Assembly: GCA_963666975.2 (NCBI GenBank)
Contig: CAXVYR010000003.1
Span: forward strand, 288,001 to 352,000
Reading direction: 5' to 3'
Length of the DNA: 64,000 bases
Source of the DNA: Terriglobia bacterium
Lineage (GTDB): Bacteria > Acidobacteriota > Terriglobia > 2-12-FULL-54-10
Part shown: piece by piece, positions 28,899 through 38,788 of the stretch
Numbering within the stretch: the stretch's first letter is position 1
Layout of the letters: each line of letters starts with the position of its first letter
Position numbers and translations under genes: made by a program
The notes under the pieces: model-generated
Database searches by the model: none
What the model saw: only the letters and a program-made list of their open reading frames with translations
What the model was told of the DNA's origin: nothing

Positions 28899-30827
28899 TC
28901 AGTACGCCTTTGGTTCCCACCCCGTGGGGATGGGTTCCGCCCAGGTGGTTGGCCCCACCTGCTGCATCCCGAACTCCCTGGCCAGCGTAGCACCCAAGTG
29001 GATCGTTTTGCCACCGACCACAGTCATCAACACCTGGGTCTGTGGGATTTCCGCTTCTGGTATGGCCAGGAAGTCCCGATCGAGCACGATGAAATCCGCG
29101 AACTTCCCCGGCTCCAGCGTTCCTAGGAGGTTCTCCCGCAGCACGTAATAGCCGCCCCACACCGTCAGGGCCTTCAACTGAGTGATCCGGTCGGTTCTCT
29201 CCCTCGGCCCATAGACCCTCTGGTCCCGGTCGTTGTACCGGTTCATCCCCTTGGTGATGAAGAAGAACACCTTGTGGGGCAACGGCCGGTCTATCTCAAA
29301 GGTGTTCATGATCCCGGCGTCCGTCACACTTTTTCGCGGCACTACCCAGTTCGTGTACTCGAGCCCATACTGCTTCGCAATCACTGAGGCCCCCCGATGA
29401 GTCTCCCACAAAATCGTATTGAGCATGCTCGTCATCATCCCCAGGTTCTTAATCCTAGGGATTTGCTGCGGTCGAGGCGCTCCCGCGCCATGATCAAAAG
29501 CATGCCGCTTGGCGCGAATCATTTCCAGCGTCATCCCAGCCCGTCTACTTCCTTCCTCAATTGCATCCATGACGTAGTCAATCCCTTTGTCTCCTCCTGA
29601 ATGCATTGCTGCAATGCGGCCGCCGGATTGGGCGATTCTCGCATTCCTTTCATACCCAGTCGTGCCAGGAGCATTACTGCACTTTTCCTCCCGTGGACTG
29701 CCTCCTAACGCCGCCCTCCATTGAGGTCTTTCAGAAACCGAGAAGCAGCCACCATCAGAACCTCTAGCTCCCATGTTCCACACATGATCTGTCCCATGCC
29801 CCATAATGCCAGCCAGAACATGCAACGCTTCTAAGCTCCAACTCGGTCCGTCATAAGACCACGCAAACCGAGATGGCATCTCTCCCTTCTGATCCAAAAG
29901 ATGAAGGGCTCGCAGGTTAGAAGTAGTATAAGGTCCCGAACCAATGGACGTAATTCCGTAGCTGGACCATATCTCCATTTCTGCCTTGAGTAAATCAGCC
30001 AAGAGTGGCAGCTTCCCCTTGAGCATGACATCGGAACCTACCGGACGTTCTAATCTACCTGATCGGGCAATCCTACTAACAATCTCCGGATCGCGTCGGG
30101 TCTCATCAATGCCTGCATTGCGAAGATTGTAAGCATTAGTCAAATCCGGATGCACACTGCGATATTCTTCCACACCCTTCGTATTGGACATGCAAGCGCT
30201 TGTAAAGCCATTACTGATGCAGACCGGGTTGTTGGGCGACAATACATCGAGGTATTCTTTCGTGATGGAGTCGTTCCAGAATCCGCCACGTGGCCCCCTA
30301 AATTCTTCCGCCCACTCGTAGTCCGGACCCCAGTTGGGAATCACCCGGATCCACTGACCCGGTTTTGCCTTCGCCACAGCCTCCCGCATCGTTGGCTCAA
30401 ACAGCGCCAACTGTTCCCTCGCAGGAAGGCTTGGCAACCAGCGAGAAATGATCACATCATCGTTAGGGAACACTTGCCGGAAAGCTCGAGGCTCTGTCCA
30501 CATCCAATCCGTCGGATGCTCGTGCGACATGATGAAGCTCGGCAGCACCGTCCTGCCCTTCAGGTCAATCGTCTGGGTCTGCGGCCCTGCCAATGCCCGC
30601 ACCTCCGCATTTGTCCCCATCTCCAGGATTTTCCCGTCCCGGACCGCCATCGCCTGCACGATTGTCCCCACCCTCGACTCAAACGAGGCATCATCCATCG
30701 TCACGATCTTGCCGTTGTAGACAATCATCTGGGGATAGCCCAACTTGGCAGCCACATCCACTCCCTGAGCCCACCCCCACACGCCGCATAGAACTGCTGC
30801 AAAAGCTATAGTCAATGTTTTCTTCAT
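28899..30827 (-). CDS. Exported Amidohydro_3 paralogue 5
   Basis: Signal peptide, SHEHPTDW, MHSGGDKGID, KRHAFDH, EIDRP, GTLEPGKFAD. Confidence 0.92.
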   Translation of the reverse strand: MKKTLTIAFAAVLCGVWGWAQGVDVAAKLGYPQMIVYNGKIVTMDDASFESRVGTIVQAMAVRDGKILEMGTNAEVRALAGPQTQTIDLKGRTVLPSFIMSHEHPTDWMWTEPRAFRQVFPNDDVIISRWLPSLPAREQLALFEPTMREAVAKAKPGQWIRVIPNWGPDYEWAEEFRGPRGGFWNDSITKEYLDVLSPNNPVCISNGFTSACMSNTKGVEEYRSVHPDLTNAYNLRNAGIDETRRDPEIVSRIARSGRLERPVGSDVMLKGKLPLLADLLKAEMEIWSSYGITSIGSGPYTTSNLRALHLLDQKGEMPSRFAWSYDGPSWSLEALHVLAGIMGHGTDHVWNMGARGSDGGCFSVSERPQWRAALGGSPREEKCSNAPGTTGYERNARIAQSGGRIAAMHSGGDKGIDYVMDAIEEGSRRAGMTLEMIRAKRHAFDHGAGAPRPQQIPRIKNLGMMTSMLNTILWETHRGASVIAKQYGLEYTNWVVPRKSVTDAGIMNTFEIDRPLPHKVFFFITKGMNRYNDRDQRVYGPRERTDRITQLKALTVWGGYYVLRENLLGTLEPGKFADFIVLDRDFLAIPEAEIPQTQVLMTVVGGKTIHLGATLAREFGMQQVGPTTWAEPIPTGWEPKAY

Positions 30828-30898
30828 CTCACTTATCTCCTCCGCAAAAATCTTCCCAAGCAAAAAGGCGCTTCCAGAAATACCATGCCCCCAATGAT

Positions 30899-30979
30899 AT
30901 ACACCTCCCTCATGCCGCCCCCACCAATAGGTGCGAATATCTTGTAAGGACCTAAGTTTTTGCCTGGGGAAATGGCCAC
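30899..30979 (-). pseudogene. 5' stub of a Ser/Thr kinase (27 codons)
   Basis: GTG start, (M)AISPGKNLGPYKIFAPIGGGGMREVY. Confidence 0.75.
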
Positions 30980-31127
30980 GCCGTTGCCTCCCACTTGTTT
31001 GGAACTGTTGGGCAAAGATTACACGAGGGGAGAGGGTAAATCAATTGGGGACAGGGACTTGCTCAGTCTACGACCGAGCGCCGAGTGTGGTCTAGGAAGC
31101 AAGTCCCGGATTACTCCCCATAAGTCG

Positions 31128-32355
31128 GGTGATCTCAACTGGTGGATGCAACACTTTACGCGAAAGGAAAAGGTGAAGTGTATGCGAAAGAAACAAAAGA
31201 GGAAGCGGCGAGGTTTCACAGCGACGGAGCTGGCCGAGGTGTGGGATCGGTGGCAGCGAGGAGAGTCTTCCAAATTGATCGCACGTGTGCTTGGGAGAGG
31301 GTCGTCTGTGTACTCCGTGCTTTTGCGCCACGGTGGTATCCGTCCCCGTCCCCGATTGCGCTCACGCCTGGCGCTGAGGTTAGCCGAGCGTGAGGAGATG
31401 TCCAGAGGCGTGGCGGCGAAGCAGTCGATCCGATCGATTGCCGTGTTGCTCGGACGCTCACCATCGACAGTGAGCCGGGAGATCTGTCGTAACGGCGGCT
31501 ATGATAAGTATCGGGCGTCGACTGCAGATGAGTAGACATGGGAGCGGGCACGTCGCCCGAAGCCCTGTCGGCTGGCCCGCTGTTCCCGGGTACGCCAGCT
31601 TGTTGAAGAGAAGCTCCGGGAGGACTGCTCCCCTCAACAGATTGCGGGCTGGCTAAAACGCACCTACTCGGAAGACGAGTCGGTTCACGTGTCACACGAG
31701 ACGATCTATCGCAGTCTTTTCATTCAGGCCCGCGGGGCTCTGAAGAAAGGACTCTCACAGTATCTGCGTACCAGACGCACGATTCGCCGGTCCCGGCATG
31801 CGACCCGCAAAGGCCGTGGTGGCGGGCAGATCCCGGACCTCATATCCATCCGTGAGCGTCCGGTTTCAGTGGAAGGCCGGGCGGTACCCGGTCACTGGGA
31901 AGGTGACCTGATTGCCGGATCGAAGAACACCTACATTGCGACTCTGGTGGAACGTCACTCGCGTTATGTGATGCTGGCGAAGGTGCCCAACAAGGAAACC
32001 GAAACGGTCGTGTCCGCGCTCATCGAGCACGCCAGACAACTACCGACGGAACTCTATAAATCGCTGACGTGGGATCGGGGTTTGGAAATGGCCGATCACA
32101 AGCGGTTCACCCTGGCGACAGACATTGCTGTGTACTTCTGCGATCCGAAAAGTCCATGGCAACGGGGTTCGAACGAAAACACGAATGGTCTGCTCCGACA
32201 GTACTTTCCTAAAGGGACGGACTTGTCCCTATACTCACAGGAGTATCTGGACAAGATCGCACGGAAACTCAACGAACGGCCCCGTCAGACGCTGGAGTTC
32301 GCAACTCCGGCTGAGACATTTATCTCATGTGTTGCATCGACCGGTTGAGCTGGCA
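31128..32355 (+). mobile_element. IS30-family element
   Basis: 26-bp imperfect IRs with a CTCAACyGGTsGATGCAACA core. 2-bp CG target duplication. Confidence 0.88.
31182..32348 (+). pseudogene. IS30 transposase with an in-frame stop (TAG at 31533-31535)
   Basis: GRSPSTVSRE, SHETIY, GHWEGDLI, TWDRG.E, PWQRGSNEN.NGLLRQYFPKG. Confidence 0.88.
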
Positions 32356-32413
32356 CGGCTTCTGGGAAGTTAGGGGCGAACGAAACGGTGCTTCCAAATT
32401 TTCTTCCAAAACG

Positions 32414-34582
32414 TCAAGCAGTACGCAAGTCTTCTGCACGGATGGGCAAGCGACGGATGCGCTTGCCCGTAGCCGCGAAGATCGCGTTGACTACGGCCGA
32501 GGCAATGGGTGGGGTGGACACCTCGCCAGCCCCGCCTGGACTTTCCGTGCTCGGCAGGATGTGCACCTCCACCTCGGGCACTTCGTTTATGCGCAGCATC
32601 GGGTAGTCGTGGAAATTGCTTTGGGCGACCCGACCGTTCGTGATGGTGATCTCCCCGTGGAGAGCTGCCGTGAGACCAAAGACGATCCCGCCCTCCACCT
32701 GCGCCTCAATGGTGTCGGGATTGATAATCCATCCGCAATCCACGGCGCAAACGACGCGGTGCACCCGCACCTTGCCGTCCGGCGCCACCGAGACCTCCGC
32801 GACCTGGGCGACATAACTCCCAATCTCCTCTAGAACAGAGATGCCCCGAAAACGCCCCCGGGGCAGCGGCGTGCCCCAACCGGCTTTTTCGGCTGCGACA
32901 TCTAAAACGCCTCGCAGGCGAGGCTCTTTGTCCAGCAACTGGCGCCGGAATTCATAAGGGTCTTTTCCGGCGGCGGCGGCGAGCTCGTCAATAAACGATT
33001 CTGTGACGTAGCCGGCGACCGAACCGCCCGGGGCACGCCAAAAACCGACCGGAATACCTGGAAGATAGTTGATGTATTCGGTGCGCCGGTTGGGAATGTC
33101 GTAAGGCATCGACCGTATCCCACCGACGGATATCGGATCCACGCCCATCCTCTCCACGACAACCGGTGCAACCCGGGAGAAAATGGAAGGTTGCATTATG
33201 CGCGCCTTCCAGCCGATGGGCATTCCGGATTCATCCAGCGCGGCCCAATACCGAACATACGTCACAGGGCGGTAATAGTCGTGCTGCATGTCATCTTCCC
33301 GCGTCCAGATAACTTTGACCGGACGGCCAACCGCTTTGGAAATTTCGACCGCTTCAGCAACATAGTCTGCTTCGCCTCGCCGTCCGAAGCCGCCGCCAAC
33401 ATACTGCGGGTGTATCTTCACCCGGGATTCAGGCAGTCCTGTGATCCTCACGGCGGCATGATGGGCGCTCGTCTGCGACTGCGTGGGCGCCCAGACATCG
33501 CAACCGTCTTCGCGCACATCCGCGGTGCAGTTCATCGGTTCCATCGTGGCGTGGGCCAGATAGGGGAGTTCGTATGCGACCTCGAGTTGTCTGGCTGCGC
33601 CGGCAAATACTCTGTCGAAGTCGCCTTCGTTTTGCGCCACGCGGCCGGGTTGCCGAGTCGCCTCGGCCATCTCTCGGCGAATGCCCTCCGAATTCAGTGT
33701 GGCGAGGGAACCCTCATCCCAGTTCACGTCCAAAACTTCCAGGCCCTTCGTGGCCGCCCAAAACGTGTCGGCAACGACCGCAACGCCAGCACCTGAAGGA
33801 GAGGATTGAATCTCCATCACGTGTCGCACGCCCGGAATGGTCCTAGTCTTCTCGGCGCTAAAACTGGCTACCCTCCCGCCGAAGACGGGACAACGCAGGA
33901 TCCTGGCGATGAGCATATTGGGGACTTTGACGTCCATTCCGAAGGTCGCGCTTCCATTGACCTTTGCCGGAATATCGCGGCGGGCCCGCGGCTGGCCGAG
34001 GAGCCGGAAATTGTTCGGATCCTTGAGGGAGACCTGCTCGGGGACTGGCAGGGTGGCTGCCTTTTCTACGAGTTCTCCGTATCGAAGATGGCGGCCGCTG
34101 GCCGTGTGGGTGACCACTCCCTTTTCGGTCGAGAGACTCTCTTCGGGGACTCCCCAGGTCTGCGCAGCGGCAGTCACAAGCATGGCGCGCGCCGCAGCGC
34201 CGGCCTCGCGCATCGGCTTCCAGTACCCTCGCACACTTTGGCTGGCAGCGGTCGTCTGATCTCCGTCCATGTTGACGTTGCCATAGGCCTTGTCGGCTCC
34301 CACCCATTCCAGTTTCACCTTGTTCCAGTCGGCGTCGAGATCCTCGGCCACCAGCATCGGCATGGCGGTCATCACGCCTTGCCCCATTTCGATCTGCGTC
34401 AGTAGGACTGTCACGCTGTCGTCCGGGGCAATGCGCAGCCAGATGTTCGGCGCGAAGACGCCGACTTGGCCTTTGGCCGGTTTCAACAAGCCAGGAAGAT
34501 AAAGGCCGATCACCAAACCACCGCCCGCCGCGGCTCCTACCTTGAGGAAGGTTCGTCTTGTGAGATTCGTTGCTGTGCCCAT
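32414..34582 (-). CDS. iorB: Molybdopterin-binding large subunit, isoquinoline 1-oxidoreductase beta/XDH family, Tat-exported
   Basis: TRRTFLK Tat motif, [33 protein letters not shown]. Confidence 0.9.
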   Translation of the reverse strand: MGTATNLTRRTFLKVGAAAGGGLVIGLYLPGLLKPAKGQVGVFAPNIWLRIAPDDSVTVLLTQIEMGQGVMTAMPMLVAEDLDADWNKVKLEWVGADKAYGNVNMDGDQTTAASQSVRGYWKPMREAGAAARAMLVTAAAQTWGVPEESLSTEKGVVTHTASGRHLRYGELVEKAATLPVPEQVSLKDPNNFRLLGQPRARRDIPAKVNGSATFGMDVKVPNMLIARILRCPVFGGRVASFSAEKTRTIPGVRHVMEIQSSPSGAGVAVVADTFWAATKGLEVLDVNWDEGSLATLNSEGIRREMAEATRQPGRVAQNEGDFDRVFAGAARQLEVAYELPYLAHATMEPMNCTADVREDGCDVWAPTQSQTSAHHAAVRITGLPESRVKIHPQYVGGGFGRRGEADYVAEAVEISKAVGRPVKVIWTREDDMQHDYYRPVTYVRYWAALDESGMPIGWKARIMQPSIFSRVAPVVVERMGVDPISVGGIRSMPYDIPNRRTEYINYLPGIPVGFWRAPGGSVAGYVTESFIDELAAAAGKDPYEFRRQLLDKEPRLRGVLDVAAEKAGWGTPLPRGRFRGISVLEEIGSYVAQVAEVSVAPDGKVRVHRVVCAVDCGWIINPDTIEAQVEGGIVFGLTAALHGEITITNGRVAQSNFHDYPMLRINEVPEVEVHILPSTESPGGAGEVSTPPIASAVVNAIFAATGKRIRRLPIRAEDLRTA

Positions 34583-34583
34583 G

Positions 34584-35048
34584 TTACGCCTCCGCTCGGA
34601 TCGTTTGCGCCGCGCGGTGAATGGCACGGCGGATGCGCTGGTAGGTCCCGCACCGGCAGATGTTGCCCGACATGGCGTTGTTGATGTCCTCGTCGGTGGG
34701 GTTGGGGTTGCGGACCAGCAAGAAAGCTGCCGACATGATCTGTCCAGACTGGCAATAGCCGCACTGGGGCACCTGCTCGGTGATCCATGCCAGTTGCAGG
34801 GCGTGCGTGGAATCGACCGAGAGGCCTTCGATGGTCGTAATCTTCTTCCCGGCAGCCGTCGAGACTAGAGTGCTGCAAGAGCGGACTGGAGTGCCATCCA
34901 GATGCACGGTGCAGGCGCCGCACTGCGCTATGCCGCAGCCGAACTTCGTTCCGGTCATTCCCAGCGTCTCCCGGATGACCCACAGCAAAGGGGTGTCCGG
35001 GCTGACGTCCACTTCGCGTTGCTTTCCATTGACGTTCAGAGAAATCAT
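34584..35048 (-). CDS. iorA: (2Fe-2S) small subunit, IorA/CoxS family
   Basis: [23 protein letters not shown]. Confidence 0.92.
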   Translation of the reverse strand: MISLNVNGKQREVDVSPDTPLLWVIRETLGMTGTKFGCGIAQCGACTVHLDGTPVRSCSTLVSTAAGKKITTIEGLSVDSTHALQLAWITEQVPQCGYCQSGQIMSAAFLLVRNPNPTDEDINNAMSGNICRCGTYQRIRRAIHRAAQTIRAEA

Positions 35049-35302
35049 GGCCAACTCCTGAATGTGCGAATTCCCTGCGTGAATTTAAGTCGCCCGCAGA
35101 GAAGGGATCTGGTATGGCAAAGTTTATCCATTCCCGGTGGCGTGAGCAAGGAGGAAAATGCAGATAAATGGTGGTAGTGGGCAAAGTCACTACACCCACT
35201 ACAGGGTCTGTGAAGGCTGCCAAATCGCCCGACCACCAATTGCTTTTCCCTCTTCACTCGTGTAATCTTTTCCCGATCTATTCAATCTGGCGGGGTTAAA
35301 GC

Positions 35303-35506
35303 GTGCCCATATCCCCAGGTGCCCGTCTTGGCTCATACGAGGTCCTCAGCCCGCTAGGTGCGGGTGGGATGGGAGAGGTCTATCACGCACGCGACAGCGG
35401 GCTGGGGCGCGAAGTCGCCATTAAGGTTTTGCCGGATGCCCTCGCGCAGGACCCCGATCGGCTGTCGCGGTTCGAGCGTGAGGCGCGCCTGCTGGCTTCC
35501 GTGAAT
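35303..35506 (+). pseudogene. 5' stub of a Ser/Thr kinase (subdomains I-III, 68 codons)
   Basis: [37 protein letters not shown], then homology stops. Promoter TTGCTT-17-TAATCT at 35240-35268. Confidence 0.88.
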
Positions 35507-35687
35507 TACATTACTAACGGGACAAAGGCATCGCATCAATATCTTGTAGCGAACGAAGTCCGATTCAGGCGGGGACAAATTTGGCTGAATGCGGAAGTGG
35601 TTTCTTAGGTGAAGATTCTTGGCTGAGAGACCTTACCAACAAATCATCCTTTGGTCCCTGTTTCCGAGTGAGGAGGTTTTTCTTAAC

Positions 35688-37685
35688 ATGATCCTTCCGA
35701 GACGGCGAAGAATCCATACTTTTGTTTTGTTGCTTGCCTTTATGGCCGCCCACCAGATTGGCTTGTCTCAGCAACGACCTGAAGGGGGGCTGATGGTCTT
35801 GAAAGGCGCAACCTTAATTGACGGCACTGGAGGACCACCGCTCCCGGAGGCGGTGATTGTAATCGAGGGGGATAAATTCAAAGCCGTCGGTGGAAAGGGA
35901 ACCACTTACCCATCCGACGCCACAGTCTTGGATCTCTCAGGGAAATTTGTGATTCCCGGGTTTGTCGACGGTCATACTCACTATCGGCCATGGAGTGCGG
36001 AATTGTATCTCAATCACGGTGTGACAACGATTATTTTCCAGGGCGCGAGAAACTCCAATGGCATTGGCGAGGAGGCCTATCGAGCTTCGCAGCAGAGTAG
36101 CGTCAGAACACCGAGAATTTATGACCATGGGGGCCACTGGTTAACATTGTCTGCTTCCATGAACCGCGAACAGCTTAGATTGGCCGTTCGCGATTGGCTG
36201 AAGACGAATCCGGATAGTGCCCAGCTGCCAACCCTTACCAAAGGTGGTAATAAGGACGTGGTCCCATGGCCGGAAGTGTTGGGAGAGGGGCCCTCCCTTG
36301 CCGAGAGTAATCAGCAAGTGATCCAATGGGCGGCGGAGGAAATTCATGAGGCGGGACTGGTCACATTAGGACACACGGAGGATTGTCTGGATTCTGTCCG
36401 AGCGGGGCTGGACATTATTGAGCATTTGTGGGGATGCGCTCAGCATCTGATGACTCCGCAAGAGCTGGAAGGCTTCCAAAAGGGCGAGTATCTGCATTGG
36501 GGTTCGTTCTTGAAAGGTCAGACGAAAATCGACCAGATGATCAAAGAGATGGTTCAACTAGGAGCCTATATCAATCCTACCCTGGTTTACGTTTTCGCTG
36601 GTTTCTCCCCTTTGGCCCACAAACACGAGCTGGAAGCCTACAACCTCTATAGAGACCCTGCGCTGATGACCTACTACTCGCAGAATCTTGCCCTGGGATT
36701 GCTTCAGAAATTAAGATCCGTCCAACAGTATTCGACGAAATACCCGGCGCAGGTTGCCATCAAACACCTTAGCGACAAGGATTGGCAGGAGCTTAAAGAG
36801 GCCTACCGCCTACACGGCGCATTTGTGAAGAGGTGGGTCGAATTGGGGGGGAAAGTCATGGGTGGGGTCGATGATCCCCAAACAGGAACCGCAGGGCTCA
36901 GTAACCACTGGGAAATGGCAATGCTTGTGGAGTCTGGGCTGACACCGATGCAAGCGCTACAGGCTCAAACCCTCTGGAATGCGGAATATCTCACCGCGAG
37001 ACGAAAAACTCCCACGAAGCCCATGGTGGGATGGGTTGGGCCTGGAACTTATGCCGACCTGGTCGTTCTTACAGCTAACCCATTGGACAATATCGAAAAC
37101 ACAAAAAAGATCGAGCGGGTGATGAAAGGCGGGCAGTTTGTGAGGTTAGGCTACACGCCTTACTTTACAACGGGGGTGACCGAGGCCCAGCAAAACAAGC
37201 AAATCCTGGACTATGTGATCAGCACGGGGATGTTTGCCTCGGTTGAGTTGCATGAGGCTTTGGATCGACCTTCCTCATCCGCATTAGGGATGATGGGGCC
37301 GCTCGTAGCCGTTTTTCCTACCCCAGAGCCCGAGATCAGCGCTATTGCGCCCCATACGGTTGCGGAAGGGTCTCCGGAATTCGAGATGCTGGTGGAGGGC
37401 GTAGGTTTTGTGCTAGACTCCGTCGTCCAAGTGGATGGTGTGGCAGTCCCCACGACCTTTGTCAACCTCCGCACCCTGAAGGCCAAGATACCAGCGAATG
37501 CTGTTGCGAGCGCCATACCGAACCGGTTCACCCCGGCTGGAGCTTCTCAGCGAGTAGGAATTTACGGCGATCGTACAGTGAGGATTACTGTGTTTAATGG
37601 TCCTCCAGATGGCGGAACCTCAAACAGTGTTTCGCTGAGGGTGATGGCCAAGTGGTTGGCGGATGAGAAGAAACTGGTAAATTAA
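35688..37685 (+). CDS. Exported amidohydrolase (Amidohydro_1-like) with a C-terminal IPT/TIG-like domain
   Basis: PGFVDGHTH, IEH, SGLTPMQALQAQT, ADLVVLTANPLDNI. C-terminal PEISAIAP..V.G.GF..V.NGPPDGGTSN. Confidence 0.85.
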   Translation: MILPRRRRIHTFVLLLAFMAAHQIGLSQQRPEGGLMVLKGATLIDGTGGPPLPEAVIVIEGDKFKAVGGKGTTYPSDATVLDLSGKFVIPGFVDGHTHYRPWSAELYLNHGVTTIIFQGARNSNGIGEEAYRASQQSSVRTPRIYDHGGHWLTLSASMNREQLRLAVRDWLKTNPDSAQLPTLTKGGNKDVVPWPEVLGEGPSLAESNQQVIQWAAEEIHEAGLVTLGHTEDCLDSVRAGLDIIEHLWGCAQHLMTPQELEGFQKGEYLHWGSFLKGQTKIDQMIKEMVQLGAYINPTLVYVFAGFSPLAHKHELEAYNLYRDPALMTYYSQNLALGLLQKLRSVQQYSTKYPAQVAIKHLSDKDWQELKEAYRLHGAFVKRWVELGGKVMGGVDDPQTGTAGLSNHWEMAMLVESGLTPMQALQAQTLWNAEYLTARRKTPTKPMVGWVGPGTYADLVVLTANPLDNIENTKKIERVMKGGQFVRLGYTPYFTTGVTEAQQNKQILDYVISTGMFASVELHEALDRPSSSALGMMGPLVAVFPTPEPEISAIAPHTVAEGSPEFEMLVEGVGFVLDSVVQVDGVAVPTTFVNLRTLKAKIPANAVASAIPNRFTPAGASQRVGIYGDRTVRITVFNGPPDGGTSNSVSLRVMAKWLADEKKLVN

Positions 37686-37935
37686 CAGCGTACCAACCTT
37701 TCGACTGTGACGTGCACCGGGTTGCCAACTATGACCTCGTACCCGATGGACAGCGGTTCCTGATGATTCAGCCTATTGAGCAAGAAGGCGCTAGTATCCA
37801 AATCAACGTCGTCCTGAACTGGTTTTGAAGAGCTGAAGCAGCGTGTACCAACGGGGAACTGATGAGTCTGAAATCCGGCAGCCACTACTCATCTTGCAGC
37901 AGATTCATTTCTTCCAAAGGAGACCGAATACTCCT

Positions 37936-37992
37936 ATGACAAAGGCCGACTTGATTGCCAAAGTTTCGCAAGCAGTGGAGATGACTCGGAAA
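37936..37992 (+). pseudogene. HU/IHF N-terminal fragment truncated by IS6
   Basis: MTKADLIAKVSQAVEMTRK, then the IS6 inverted repeat. Confidence 0.7.
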
Positions 37993-38788
37993 GGCACTGT
38001 CAAGTTAACGGAACGAAGGCGAGATTCTCCCCAAAACGACCGGAGTCCACAATCTCTCAGCAGACGCACGTCACCTCTCTCCAATCGGAAAAAGCCCGGT
38101 CCCGAAGGAGTCGGTGATGAGCGGCCTTAAGATGATGACGACCGACTCGGAACAGGTTTTGAATGGGACCGTGAACTGAGAGAAAACGTTGGGCCTGTAC
38201 TATTGATTTGAATCGTCTCATCTGGCGTTCTTGCTGACGCGTTGGCTGATGAGAAACTTCAGCCCGGTTGTTCTCGTATTGACCGGTGCGATGAACAACG
38301 GAAGGGAATATCTCCCGATGTGCAGCCCCATAACTCCGCAACTTGTCGGTGATCAGTTGCCAGGGTGCTTGTCTCTGATGTTTCAACATTTTACGAAAGA
38401 AGCGCGTAGCGGCTCGACGATCTCTACGCTTGGTAACCAGAATATCGATCACGTCTCCATCCTGATCGACGGCTCGCCATAAATAGAGGTACTGCCCTTG
38501 GATAGTGATGAAGAGTTCATCGACGTGCCAGATATCGCCGAGCCGCCCCTGCTTCCTCCGCAGATTGCGCGTATAGGCCGGACCGAACTTCAGACACCAA
38601 AACCGAATTCCCTCGTAAGAAACAATGATGCCTCGCTCAGCAAGCATTTCCTCGACGTCTCGAAAGCTGAGCGTGAACCGATGGTACAGCCAGACGGCGT
38701 GGCTGATAATTTCAGGTGGAAAGCGATGCCCTCGATATTGTGATTCCATCGGTCGATTGTCGCCGACGGACGTTAACTTGACAATGCC
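37993..38788 (-). mobile_element. IS6-family element (796 bp)
   Basis: IRs GGCACTGTCAAGTTAACG / CGTTAACTTGACAATGCC. No flanking target duplication. Confidence 0.92.
38057..38749 (-). CDS. IS6-family transposase
   Basis: YRGHRFPPEII, WHVDE, YLWRAVD, TDKLRSY, NNRAE.SH. Confidence 0.93.
   Translation of the reverse strand: MESQYRGHRFPPEIISHAVWLYHRFTLSFRDVEEMLAERGIIVSYEGIRFWCLKFGPAYTRNLRRKQGRLGDIWHVDELFITIQGQYLYLWRAVDQDGDVIDILVTKRRDRRAATRFFRKMLKHQRQAPWQLITDKLRSYGAAHREIFPSVVHRTGQYENNRAEVSHQPTRQQERQMRRFKSIVQAQRFLSVHGPIQNLFRVGRHHLKAAHHRLLRDRAFSDWREVTCVC

Noticed and set aside
31533-31535. TAG recoding (pyrrolysine or alternative genetic code)
   Set aside because: TAG ends several normal genes in the window; a single nonsense mutation is simpler.
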